From Clostridia bacterium (lineage in GTDB: Bacteria > Bacillota > Clostridia > Christensenellales > UBA1242), in assembly GCA_045638985.1 (NCBI GenBank), contig JAZUCB010000121.1, positions 1 through 24,744 on the forward strand: a stretch of 24,744 bases of DNA. Reading direction: 5' to 3'. The notes beneath the pieces were generated by a model. That model worked only from the letters and a program-made list of their open reading frames with translations, had not been told where the DNA came from and did no database searches. Positions 1-9,364 of this stretch are shown piece by piece (position 1 is the first letter of the stretch; every line of letters starts with the position of its first letter). Made by a program: the position numbers and the translations under genes.

Positions 1-514
1 TAACAGTGTTAGCAAATTGCAATCCATCACCCACACTAACATCATACACATTATCTTCAAAATTATATTTATTTGTTAGTGCTCTCTCATCTTCGGGTTC
101 TAACATGAATTTTTCTTTGCTTAGGCTACTCAAGTGATTTAACACGTATTCGTGAAATGATGTTCTTAGAAATGAACCTTTTGCTCTTTCTTGAACTTCA
201 TAACTTCTAGAATTTTTGGTGGTATAAAAAATCAATCTAGGAGTGTTTATTCCATACTCTATAAGTTGATTAATAATTTGTTTTCTATTTTCAAAAGTAT
301 TTGAAGAAAACAATTGAGATATAATTACCTTATCACTTTTAAATGGGTAAACAGTTTTATATGCGCCTTTACCCATTCTTTCAGTTTTTTTCTTAGTAAT
401 TTTATCTATGTGTAAAGCAAGTTCAAGATTATTAATGCTAGAAGTGCGTGGCACAAGATCGTTTTCTTCTTGCTTTGCTATTAAGTTTTGAATTATTTCA
501 TCAACGATGCTCAT
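1..514 (-). CDS. Kinase-like array paralog 0, partial and apparently truncated or fused; runs off the left edge
   Basis: Not in the ORF track; translated by hand from ATG 514 (RBS AAAGGAG), open to base 1. Reads MSIVDEIIQNLIAKQ...MGKGAYKTVYPF...GINTPRLIFY...YEVQERAKGSFLRT...EPEDERALTNKYNFE, closely matching 1777..2886, then diverges (DNVYDVSVGDGLQFANTV) at about base 55. Confidence 0.8.
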   Translation of the reverse strand, partial: MSIVDEIIQNLIAKQEENDLVPRTSSINNLELALHIDKITKKKTERMGKGAYKTVYPFKSDKVIISQLFSSNTFENRKQIINQLIEYGINTPRLIFYTTKNSRSYEVQERAKGSFLRTSFHEYVLNHLSSLSKEKFMLEPEDERALTNKYNFEDNVYDVSVGDGLQFANTV

Positions 515-566
515 GCATTCTCCTTTGTTTTATAATGAATTAATTTCTTTTTAATTTAAATTTTAA

Positions 567-1718
567 TTATTCTTTTTCTGAAACAACTTCAGTTTGAGGT
601 GTTGGTTGCTCCATTGCGTTTGTTAAATCCATTGCTTTAATAAAACTTTCGCCGTCTATTTCTTTATTGAAATCATAGGTGGCAGGCAAGTCAAATTGGC
701 AACGGATTGATTTTAATAAAGATTTATCATTTGATTTAATTGCAGAGTAAAGCAAATCTAAAGTTTGAGGGTTAGCACCATAAAAATTTGAAAATTTAAA
801 CCTTTCAGCATATTCCTTTGCAAACCTAAGTTTTGGATCGGGTGAAGTTTGCATAACGTTAAGGAATTGCGTGCATAATAGACCTGTGTAAACATATGCT
901 TCAAAATTTTCGTTAGGGTCTGGTTTGAAAAACCCTCCTTCATGTAAACTATCAACACAACAATGCATAAGGTAGGAATAGCTTGACATAATTCTAGCTT
1001 TATTAATGTCATTTATTTGTGAATTAAAAAAGTTATCTAAATCTAATATGTTGTTATTATCAAACTTGTCTAAATCTAAATCAATAAAGGTATATCCAAA
1101 GGCTGGGCTATAGAAGAAGTTGCCTCCGTTAACGTCTAAAGCGTAAGCAGAAGAAAGACAAGTGAAGTGTTTTAAGAACTTTTCAATATGAGGGATTCCT
1201 GTTAGAGTTCTGTTTTTAAGTATTTCAAAATTATATTTTTCGCATAACAAATTTTCTGAATCTTTAGTAAGATTAGGAACAAACATTTCTCCAGTTAAAC
1301 CATATAAATGATAAAGAACTTTCTCATAATCAAAGGTGTTTAAAAATGAACCCTTTGCTCTTTCTTGAACTTCATATGAAAGTTCTTTATTTCCTAATTT
1401 AAAAGCTTGGTCTTGCGTTAAATAAAAAATAAGTTTTGGAGTGTTAATTCCGTATTCGTTTAGTTTGTTAACTATTTCTTTTTTAACATTAAAAGGTAGT
1501 GTTTGGCGATAAGTGCCTTCCTCTAAAATAACTTTATCTTTTTTGTAAGGAAAAACATTTTTATATGCGCCTCCACCCGTTGGGTAAACGTCATAATCTG
1601 CAATTTTTTTAATTTGAGCTTTAATTTCTTTGGCGTTAAACCCACGAGAACATTGTTCTTGATCTATTTCCTTTTGCTTAGCTATTAAGTTTTGAATTAT
1701 TTCGTCAATGCTATTCAT
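567..1718 (-). CDS. Atypical protein-kinase-like protein, paralog 1 (subfamily A; possible pseudokinase)
   Basis: GGGAYKNVF, beta3 KVILEE (no Lys), YEVQERAKGS, DVNGGN, GYTFIDL, C-terminal FIKAMDLT. Confidence 0.75.
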   Translation of the reverse strand: MNSIDEIIQNLIAKQKEIDQEQCSRGFNAKEIKAQIKKIADYDVYPTGGGAYKNVFPYKKDKVILEEGTYRQTLPFNVKKEIVNKLNEYGINTPKLIFYLTQDQAFKLGNKELSYEVQERAKGSFLNTFDYEKVLYHLYGLTGEMFVPNLTKDSENLLCEKYNFEILKNRTLTGIPHIEKFLKHFTCLSSAYALDVNGGNFFYSPAFGYTFIDLDLDKFDNNNILDLDNFFNSQINDINKARIMSSYSYLMHCCVDSLHEGGFFKPDPNENFEAYVYTGLLCTQFLNVMQTSPDPKLRFAKEYAERFKFSNFYGANPQTLDLLYSAIKSNDKSLLKSIRCQFDLPATYDFNKEIDGESFIKAMDLTNAMEQPTPQTEVVSEKE

Positions 1719-1776
1719 GTTTTTTCCTTTGTTTGTTTTTTATGAATTGTTTTTTTTTAATTTTAAATTTAAATTA

Positions 1777-2886
1777 TTATTTTTCTGAAACATCATCAAT
1801 TTGAGGGGCTGGTTGCTCCATTGTATTTGTTAAATCCATTGCTTTAATGAACGATTCGCCGTCTAGTTCTTTATTGAAATCGTAAGATGCAGGCAATCCA
1901 AATTCTTTTCTTATATATTTAAATGTTGTTTCATCGTTTGTTTTTAAACCCGAGTATAATAGATCTAAAGTTTTTGGCGAGGCGCTAGTTATGGAATCAA
2001 AATCAAAATTTTCAGCAAATTCCTTTGCAAATTTTAAATTTGGGTCGGTTGAAGTTTGCATAACATTTAAAAATTGCTTTAGTAAAATTCCAGAATAAAC
2101 GTATTCGCCAAAATGCAAATTGTTGTGAAATAAATTATATCGATAACCATCATCTGAGGCAATGCATTCAAAAATAAAGTCGGCATAACCACTATTAATT
2201 TTGAATTCGCTTGAAGAATTGACTTTTGAATTTAAATAGGCTCTCATGTTTCTTATGTTTTTACTGAAATCTGAAACGTTTAAATCAATAAATGAGTAGC
2301 CAGTTCTTGGATCATAAAAGAAATTTCTAGGAAGAATATCAAGTGCTCCAACGGCTTTTAAGCAAGTGAAATCGCTCAAAAATTTTTCAATGTGTGGAAT
2401 GCCTGTTAAAGTTCTTCTTTTTATCATTTCAAAATTATACTTGTGTTTTAAAGAGTTTTCATCTTCGGGTTCTATTTTTATTTCTTTTTTACTTAATCCA
2501 CTTAAGTGATCTAAAATATAACGATAGTAATTTGTTCTTAAAAATGAACCTTTAGCTCTTTCTTGAACTTCATAATTGTGATTGTCTTTAACTGTGTAAA
2601 ATATTAATCTGGGCGTGTTTATTCCACATTCAATAAGTTGGTTAATAATTTGCTGGCGGTGTTCAAAATCATTTTTATGAAGCAATCCTGCTAAAATAAC
2701 TTTAGCTCCTTTATAAGGGTAAACATTTTTAAAAGCTCCATTGCCCATTTGGTTGGCTTTTTTATTTTCAATTTGTTTTATATGGAAATATAGTTCAGTT
2801 TCGTTTAAACTATCTTTTCTAGCAAGAGCATCGTTGGCATCTTGCTTGGCTATTAAGTTTTGAATTATCTCATCAACGGTGCTCAT
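1777..2886 (-). CDS. Atypical protein-kinase-like protein, paralog 2 (subfamily A; possible pseudokinase)
   Basis: GNGAFKNVY, KVILAG (no Lys), YEVQERAKGS, DILPRN, GYSFIDL, FIKAMDLT; RBS AAAGGAG. Confidence 0.75.
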   Translation of the reverse strand: MSTVDEIIQNLIAKQDANDALARKDSLNETELYFHIKQIENKKANQMGNGAFKNVYPYKGAKVILAGLLHKNDFEHRQQIINQLIECGINTPRLIFYTVKDNHNYEVQERAKGSFLRTNYYRYILDHLSGLSKKEIKIEPEDENSLKHKYNFEMIKRRTLTGIPHIEKFLSDFTCLKAVGALDILPRNFFYDPRTGYSFIDLNVSDFSKNIRNMRAYLNSKVNSSSEFKINSGYADFIFECIASDDGYRYNLFHNNLHFGEYVYSGILLKQFLNVMQTSTDPNLKFAKEFAENFDFDSITSASPKTLDLLYSGLKTNDETTFKYIRKEFGLPASYDFNKELDGESFIKAMDLTNTMEQPAPQIDDVSEK

Positions 2887-2952
2887 GTTCTCTCCTTTGT
2901 TTAAATTTATTTTTATTTATATTTTAGTGCTTATTTTTTTTAAGTTTCCTAA

Positions 2953-4266
2953 TTAATTTATTTCAGCAATTTCATCAGTTTTAGCAGTTGGTTGCTCCAT
3001 GGCATATGTTAAATCCATGGCTTTAATGAAAGCATCGCTATCTAGTGTTTTATTCAAGTCGTAATCTTCAGGTAAATAAAATTGATTTTTAACTTCTTGC
3101 AAATAATTTGAGTTGTTTGTTTTAAATGCTGAATATAATTGGTCTAAAAATTCGGGTGGGGCAGAGAAGAAATTTTTTTGATTGTAAAGGTTATTTGCAT
3201 AAAACTTTGCATTATCAAGAAGTGGGCTAGAAGTTGTTTTCATAACGTTTAGAATTTGTTTGGTTAAAACTCCTAAGTAAACATATTCGGTGAAGTATTC
3301 ACGGTTATAAAAACATTCAGAACCCATATATTTTTTGTTTAGTTCCCAACTTCCATATAAATTTGAAAAGAAAAAATCATAATCAGGAAAACTTTTCAAG
3401 TTTTCTTCAAATATACATTTTAATTTTTTTTCATTATAAGATTCAGAGAAACCTCTATAGCCTAAGTCAATAAAAGAATAACCATATTTTTCACTAAAAT
3501 GAATGTTTTCTCCGTGATAATCTATCAAATGATTATTATTAAGAACGGTAAAATCTTCTAAAAATTTTTCAATGTGGGGAATGTGAGTTAAAGCACGGTG
3601 TTTTAGCATGGTTGCGTTATATGTTTTATCAAGATTGCGAGTGAACCCAAGTTGGCTCGGGTGGCAGTTTTTAAGGGTTGATAAAAAGGAAATCATATTT
3701 TCAGGTTTTCCAAAGGCTAATGGAAGCCCTGTTGCTAACTTTTGAATTTCATATGTGATATTAAAGTCACCATTATGCAAAACATCATCTCTAAGAATGT
3801 TTCCAACCAATTCGGGAGTGTTTATATTGTAATTTTTCCTTAAAAAATCAGAAGTTGTTTGTTTGTCTGAAAAACTTATATATTGATTGGGAACTTGTTT
3901 TAATAAGATATATGTTAAAAATCTATAACCCTTTTTATGAACGCCTGACCCCATTTCAGATGAAAGGCCATGTTCAATTTTTTGAATAGATTCAACCAAC
4001 AAAGGATTTTCTGAGGTGAAATAAGAAGGTTCATAATTTTCTAGCATAATTTTTTCATCTGTGTTATTTTGCAATTTTATTAATTCTTCAACTAACTCTA
4101 AATCATAATCATTTAAAGAATATATTAAAGAATCAGATTTTTTTTCAGATTCTTTGGTTAATGGTGGTTGAGTGCAAGAAACAGAATGAGCAGAATTGGT
4201 TGATTCCGTCATTTGAGGTTGATGCTTATTGAAAAACTGTTGAAAAATTCTATTCTTTATTTTCAT
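2953..4266 (-). CDS. Atypical protein-kinase-like protein, paralog 3 (subfamily A, N-terminal extension)
   Basis: GSGVHKKGY, YILLK, YEIQKLATG, DYHGEN, GYSFIDL, FIKAMDLT. The start codon is uncertain because of the roughly 55-aa extension. Confidence 0.8.
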   Translation of the reverse strand: MKIKNRIFQQFFNKHQPQMTESTNSAHSVSCTQPPLTKESEKKSDSLIYSLNDYDLELVEELIKLQNNTDEKIMLENYEPSYFTSENPLLVESIQKIEHGLSSEMGSGVHKKGYRFLTYILLKQVPNQYISFSDKQTTSDFLRKNYNINTPELVGNILRDDVLHNGDFNITYEIQKLATGLPLAFGKPENMISFLSTLKNCHPSQLGFTRNLDKTYNATMLKHRALTHIPHIEKFLEDFTVLNNNHLIDYHGENIHFSEKYGYSFIDLGYRGFSESYNEKKLKCIFEENLKSFPDYDFFFSNLYGSWELNKKYMGSECFYNREYFTEYVYLGVLTKQILNVMKTTSSPLLDNAKFYANNLYNQKNFFSAPPEFLDQLYSAFKTNNSNYLQEVKNQFYLPEDYDLNKTLDSDAFIKAMDLTYAMEQPTAKTDEIAEIN

Positions 4267-4270
4267 TGGT

Positions 4271-5458
4271 TTATATCATTTCTCCTATGCTGGTTGAATT
4301 GTTTTGCATGTCCATTTCGTTAGTTGAATCCATTGCTTTAATAAAACTTTCGCTGTCAAAATCGGTTTGGAAATCATATGATTTTGGAAGCTTAAAATGA
4401 GAGCGAATTTTTTTAAGGCTTTTTTCATCGTTTTGCGTTATTCCAACGTATAGTAAGTTTAAGTTTTTTGAACTTGCTCCAAAATAATCTTTTTCCATGT
4501 TTTTATAATCAAAATTATTAGCAAACTCATTAGCGTCTTTTAAAATCGGATCTGTTGAAGTTTGCATAACGTTTAATAGTTGTTTCATTAGAATTCCAGA
4601 GAACATAAAGTGTTCAAAGTGTTCTTTTCTGCCATCTAAAAAATCATGATAAGAATATCGCTTTGAATGCAAAACAGTTCCATCGGCGCGTTCAAAAAGA
4701 TTGTTAAAGTTTACTTTTCTATTTGCAAGGCAGGTGTTTAAATATTTTTCAAAGTTTGCCAACCCACAGTTGTTTATGCAATCGTTAATATCTAAATCAA
4801 TAAATGAATATCCCATAGATGGGTTATAAAAAACGTTTCCACCATGATAATCCAAAGCATTAATAGAATCTAATATGGCGTAATCTTTTAAAAATTTCTC
4901 AGTGTGGGGAATGCCAGTTAAAACTCTGCGTTTCATCATATCAAGATTATATTTGTGAACTAATTCCCAGAATAATGGGTGAGAATTGCAGTCTAAAACC
5001 TTTTGGTTTTCAAGTGAGTTTAAATAATAAGTAAACTGAGTGGTTGAGTTAAAACCAATTGGTGCTCCAATAGCAGATTGCTGAACTTCATATATTAGGT
5101 CGTCGAATCCGTTTTTGATTATGTCATTTTGGTAGCAAGCGTAAAGCAATGCAGGAGTTGAGACTCCAGCTTCTTTTAAATTTTGAGCAAAAGTTTTTTT
5201 GGCTTTTAGAGAAATAAAACCCGGTTCGCTTCCGTAAGCCAAAATAACATAGTTTAAAAATCTGTAACCAGTTTTTTCCACGCCAAACCCAATTGAAATG
5301 CTTGATTCAGCATTAATATTTTTAATAGCAGAAACAACTTCAGATTCATCAAAAGAAGAATATAGCGATGAAACATCTTTTTGTTCTTTTATTAAGTTTT
5401 GGTCTACTTGATTTTGCAATTCAAATATTCGATTAACAAAGTCGTTTACATTATTCAT
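4271..5458 (-). CDS. Atypical protein-kinase-like protein, paralog 4 (subfamily A)
   Basis: GFGVEKTGY, YVILAY (no Lys), YEVQQSAIG, DYHGGN, GYSFIDL, FIKAMDST; RBS AAAGGAGG. Confidence 0.8.
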   Translation of the reverse strand: MNNVNDFVNRIFELQNQVDQNLIKEQKDVSSLYSSFDESEVVSAIKNINAESSISIGFGVEKTGYRFLNYVILAYGSEPGFISLKAKKTFAQNLKEAGVSTPALLYACYQNDIIKNGFDDLIYEVQQSAIGAPIGFNSTTQFTYYLNSLENQKVLDCNSHPLFWELVHKYNLDMMKRRVLTGIPHTEKFLKDYAILDSINALDYHGGNVFYNPSMGYSFIDLDINDCINNCGLANFEKYLNTCLANRKVNFNNLFERADGTVLHSKRYSYHDFLDGRKEHFEHFMFSGILMKQLLNVMQTSTDPILKDANEFANNFDYKNMEKDYFGASSKNLNLLYVGITQNDEKSLKKIRSHFKLPKSYDFQTDFDSESFIKAMDSTNEMDMQNNSTSIGEMI

Positions 5459-5501
5459 AACTAATCCTCCTTTTTTATATTTTTAGGTAAAGTTTGAAGT
5501 T

Positions 5502-6689
5502 TTACATTGTTTCGTTTGTTTGCATTTGTTCATTTGGATTATTCATTTCTCTAGTTATATCCATTGCTTTAATAAAACTTTCGCAGTCGAACATCGTTTG
5601 AAAATTAAAGTTATTAGGAATATCGAATTGATTGCGAATGCAATCAAGGCATCTTGAATCGTTTTCTTTTATTCCTTTATATAAAACGTTTAATGTGCTT
5701 GGGTTTGCGCCAAAGAATTTTTGGTCAATACTGTTTGGGTGTATTCCGCCTAAAAATTCTTTTGCGCTATCTAAAATTGGGCTGGGTGAATTATTAATTG
5801 CATTTATGCATTGTTGCATAACAATTCCTGAGAAAATAAAGTTTTCAAAGTATCGGCTTTTATCTGAATTAAAAGAGTAAGCATTATAAGTTCTGCTAAA
5901 AATAAGTGAACCATCTAAGATGTCAAATAAAATATTGTAATTAGGTGGGTTTGAAATTAGTGCATTATTAACAAAGCCAACTAAATCTTTTTGTTTGTTA
6001 AATTTTAAAAGCGTGTCGTCAAAAACTAAATCTATGAATGTGTAGCCGCTGTTTTCGTTATATAAAATATTCCCACCATGAAAATCCAATGCATTCATAG
6101 ATGCAAGTATGGCATAGTTTTTAACAAAATTTTCAGCATGTTTTGCACCAGTTAATGCACGTTTTTTAAGCATTTCTAAATTATATTTGGCAACTAGTTT
6201 TTTATTGTCAGTTTCAGAATTTCCATATACTTTTTTATTTTCTAATGCGTTTGCATAGTCAATAACTTTATAAGACATGCTAAATCCAATGGGCGAGCCT
6301 TTTGCAAATTGTTGAACTTCATATAAATCGTTCACGTAACCATCATCAAATAGTTTATCTCTTGAAGAATGGAAGATAATTGGAGGAGTTTGAACACCAA
6401 TTGACCTCAACTTTTGAGTGATTTCTTTTTTGGTAGAAAGTGAAACGGTGTAATCAATCTTTTCTTTCAGAATAATATAATTTAAAAATTTATATCCAAC
6501 TTTGTCAACGCCTCTGCCAATTATGGTTGTTTCTCCTTGTTCAATGTTTTTAATTGCTTTAACGAGTTGAGGCATATGAAGAAGAGAATAAAGAAGAGAG
6601 TCAGATGCAGTTTCATCAATTAAACTTTCATCTAACTTTTTTTGAAGTTCAAATATTCTTTTAATAAATTCTTCATTAGTGTTTTTCAT
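5502..6689 (-). CDS. Atypical protein-kinase-like protein, paralog 5 (subfamily A)
   Basis: GRGVDKVGY, YIILK, YEVQQFAKGS, DFHGGN, GYTFIDL, FIKAMDIT; RBS AAAGGAGG. Confidence 0.8.
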   Translation of the reverse strand: MKNTNEEFIKRIFELQKKLDESLIDETASDSLLYSLLHMPQLVKAIKNIEQGETTIIGRGVDKVGYKFLNYIILKEKIDYTVSLSTKKEITQKLRSIGVQTPPIIFHSSRDKLFDDGYVNDLYEVQQFAKGSPIGFSMSYKVIDYANALENKKVYGNSETDNKKLVAKYNLEMLKKRALTGAKHAENFVKNYAILASMNALDFHGGNILYNENSGYTFIDLVFDDTLLKFNKQKDLVGFVNNALISNPPNYNILFDILDGSLIFSRTYNAYSFNSDKSRYFENFIFSGIVMQQCINAINNSPSPILDSAKEFLGGIHPNSIDQKFFGANPSTLNVLYKGIKENDSRCLDCIRNQFDIPNNFNFQTMFDCESFIKAMDITREMNNPNEQMQTNETM

Positions 6690-6728
6690 GATTCCCTCCT
6701 TTTTATTTTTATTTTTATTTTAATCTTT

Positions 6729-7913
6729 TTATATCATTTCGTTTGTTTCTGATTGTGTATTTGGATTATTCATTTCCCTAGTTAAATCCATTGCTTGAAT
6801 AAAGCTTTCGCAATCAAAGTGGGTTTGAAAATTAAAGGTTGTTGGAATATTGAATTGGTTGCGAATTGCATCTAAAGATTCAGCATCGCTATTTTTTATT
6901 CCGTTATATAATTGATTAAGTGTTTTATAATTTGCTCCAAAATAGGTTTGGTCAATGTTTTCAATGTCTAAATTTTCAACAAATTCCTTTGCACAATCTA
7001 AAACCGGATCTTGCGAATTTGATATTGCGTTTAAATATTGTTGAATTAATATTCCTGAAAAGATGAAGTTTTCAAAATATTTAGTTTTGTCTTTTTTAAA
7101 TCTATTTGGAAAAAACATTTGATCGTGCATAATTGTTCCATTAATTCTATCGAAAAACACATGAAAGTTTGGCGGGTTGTTTTCTAATGCATTGTTGATA
7201 AAAGAGGAAACATGTGGGGTTGTTAAAATATTAACAATTCCACCTAACTCTAAATCAATAAATGAATATCCAGCTTTATCATGAAAGAAAACATTTCCTC
7301 CATGAAAATCTAATACTTTTAAAGAGTTTAGAATTGAATAGTTGTTAATATATTTTTCAATGTGAGGAATTCCTTTTAATGTGCGTTTTTTAAGCATTGC
7401 AAGGTTATATGCCATAACCAAGTCGGTGTTGTTTTCAGTTTCGCTATGAGCGTTGTTAGATTCTAACCCGTTGGCATATTCTAAAACTTTGTAAGATTTA
7501 GAAAAACCAATTGGTGAACCAATTGCTGATTGTTGAACTTCATATAAATCATTAACATGACCATTGTTAAAAACAATATCTTGATTTGTGTGAAAAACGA
7601 TTGGTGGGGTGGAAACACCCTGATCGCTTAAAACTTTAGTTATTGCTTTTTTAACATTTAATGGCAAGTTATATTTATTGGGTTTTTGTTTTAAAATAAC
7701 GTAGTTTAAAAATCTATACCCAACCTTTTCAACGCCTTTTCCAGACTCAAGAACGTTTCCTTTTTCAATATCTTTAATAACATCAATTATTTGAGAAGCG
7801 TGAAATAGCGAATAAATGAGAGAGTCAACTGGAGACTGGGTTATTAAGTTTTGGTCTAATTTGTTTTGCAGTTCAAATATTCTTTGAATAAATTCATCAT
7901 TAGCATTTTCCAT
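6729..7913 (-). CDS. Atypical protein-kinase-like protein, paralog 6 (subfamily A)
   Basis: GKGVEKVGY, YVILK, YEVQQSAIGS, DFHGGN, GYSFIDL, FIQAMDLT; RBS AAGGAGG. Confidence 0.8.
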   Translation of the reverse strand: MENANDEFIQRIFELQNKLDQNLITQSPVDSLIYSLFHASQIIDVIKDIEKGNVLESGKGVEKVGYRFLNYVILKQKPNKYNLPLNVKKAITKVLSDQGVSTPPIVFHTNQDIVFNNGHVNDLYEVQQSAIGSPIGFSKSYKVLEYANGLESNNAHSETENNTDLVMAYNLAMLKKRTLKGIPHIEKYINNYSILNSLKVLDFHGGNVFFHDKAGYSFIDLELGGIVNILTTPHVSSFINNALENNPPNFHVFFDRINGTIMHDQMFFPNRFKKDKTKYFENFIFSGILIQQYLNAISNSQDPVLDCAKEFVENLDIENIDQTYFGANYKTLNQLYNGIKNSDAESLDAIRNQFNIPTTFNFQTHFDCESFIQAMDLTREMNNPNTQSETNEMI

Positions 7914-7981
7914 GATTCTCTCCTTTTTTTATTTTTTTGTGTTTTTGTTTTTTTAAACAATTAAATTAGTAAATGAAATTT

Positions 7982-8170
7982 CTAAACCAATCCAAATTCT
8001 AATTCGCCATTGTTTTCTTTAACTTCCATATGCTCTCTTTCTGAGTGATTAATTGGGGCAGGGTTAGGGTTTGCAAAATCAAACTCGTGAGTTGCTTGCA
8101 TGGTTTCTAAAAAGTTAGGAATATCAATGCAAGCAAAATCAAAATCTTCTGGTAGGTTATATTCTTCCTT
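7982..8170 (-). repeat. Near-identical 3' gene ends shared by paralogs 7, 8 and 9 (other copies at about 9365..9545 and 10671..10860)
   Basis: Visual alignment; for example GGGTTAGGGTTTGCAAAATCAAACTCGTG and TTTCTAAAAAGTTAGGAA recur in all three copies. Confidence 0.85.
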
Positions 8171-9322
8171 TATTTCATCAAGGGAAGTAGAGTCGTTTTC
8201 AATTAATGCGTTTTCAAGTTTCAATATGTTTTTTGGTGAAATTAACAATAAATCGTTTAAAACTGGGCTACTTCTATTATTTAATTGAGATTCTATTTTA
8301 AGAGCACATTCTTTAGCGTGTGGGAAATATGGATTATAGCATTCATTTTCAGGAATGTTAGTTTTCATTGCTTCTAGTAGTTGATGAGTGATTATTCCGT
8401 TATAAACATGCTGAGCAAAGTTCTCAGGAGTAATTGGCTTGGGAATGTAGTTTTCTGGAGTAACGCCCAACATAGAAATTATAAAATTACCAAAATCATA
8501 ATTATGAGTTTCAAATTTAGCATTAGCATATTTTTCTAATTTTGATTTGATTTTTGACATAATATTAGATTGTTCGTAGCTCTCATTTGGTAATGCATCA
8601 AACAAAAAAATATCGGGATCTAAATCAAAAAACGTGTAACCAGTATGTGAATTATAAAAAACATTTTCTGTGTGTAGGTCAGCAAAACTTAAACGATTCA
8701 ATATGCAAAAATCAAACATAAAATTTTTAATAAATGGCATACCCGTTTGTGCTCGGTGCTTTGCCATAGCCAGATTATATTGGTCCTTTATATCACACTC
8801 ACTTAAAGATTTTAAATAATCTTCGTTTATATTTTGATTAAAAGAAGATATGTGTTTTATTAGCTGATTGGTTCTTAAAACACTAACAAAAGAGCCTTTT
8901 GCTTCTTCTTGAATTTGGTAAGAGTAATAACCAGAGTGAAAGTAATCGTCGCTTGATGATTTTTCAGTTGTGAATAAAAGAGGCATTGCAATATTAACCC
9001 CAAGTTTTTTTAAAGCAAGAGCATTAAAAAATGCTCGGCTTGGCTTTAAAACTTTTACATAGCTTTTTAATAAAATTTTATTTGAGTCAAATAAATATGC
9101 TTTTTTATATTTCCCTTCACCACAAACAGAAAATTTGCTTGATTCAGGATTGTTTTCATCATTAATTAACTCTTCAATATAATGTTTATATTCTTCGTTT
9201 TGAGCATCTATTTCTTGGTTAGAAGGAATAGATGCTAAGCCAAGCATGGAAAAATCAGATGGTTCGAATCCACTTTCGTTGTTTTGCGTTTTAAGTTTTA
9301 AATATTCAATTATGTTGTTCAT
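7982..9322 (-). CDS. Atypical protein-kinase-like protein, paralog 7 (subfamily B)
   Basis: CGEGKYKKAY, KILLK, YQIQEEAKGS, DLHTEN, GYTFFDL, FLETMQATHEFDF, ends GELEFGLV; RBS AAGGTGG. Confidence 0.8.
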   Translation of the reverse strand: MNNIIEYLKLKTQNNESGFEPSDFSMLGLASIPSNQEIDAQNEEYKHYIEELINDENNPESSKFSVCGEGKYKKAYLFDSNKILLKSYVKVLKPSRAFFNALALKKLGVNIAMPLLFTTEKSSSDDYFHSGYYSYQIQEEAKGSFVSVLRTNQLIKHISSFNQNINEDYLKSLSECDIKDQYNLAMAKHRAQTGMPFIKNFMFDFCILNRLSFADLHTENVFYNSHTGYTFFDLDPDIFLFDALPNESYEQSNIMSKIKSKLEKYANAKFETHNYDFGNFIISMLGVTPENYIPKPITPENFAQHVYNGIITHQLLEAMKTNIPENECYNPYFPHAKECALKIESQLNNRSSPVLNDLLLISPKNILKLENALIENDSTSLDEIKEEYNLPEDFDFACIDIPNFLETMQATHEFDFANPNPAPINHSEREHMEVKENNGELEFGLV

Positions 9323-9364
9323 TTTCCACCTTGTTTTTTAATTTAATAAACTTTATTTTTGTTG

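Noticed and set aside
758-1012. 84-aa alternative-frame ORF inside paralog 1
   Set aside because: Fully nested in a conserved gene, with no recognisable motif.
1725-1770. Poly-T tracts in intergenic spacers as phase-variation switches
   Set aside because: Runs of up to about 9 nt are expected at this AT content and lie outside coding frames and identified promoters.
5632-5880. 82-aa antisense ORF
   Set aside because: Shadow of paralog 5, with no recognisable motif.
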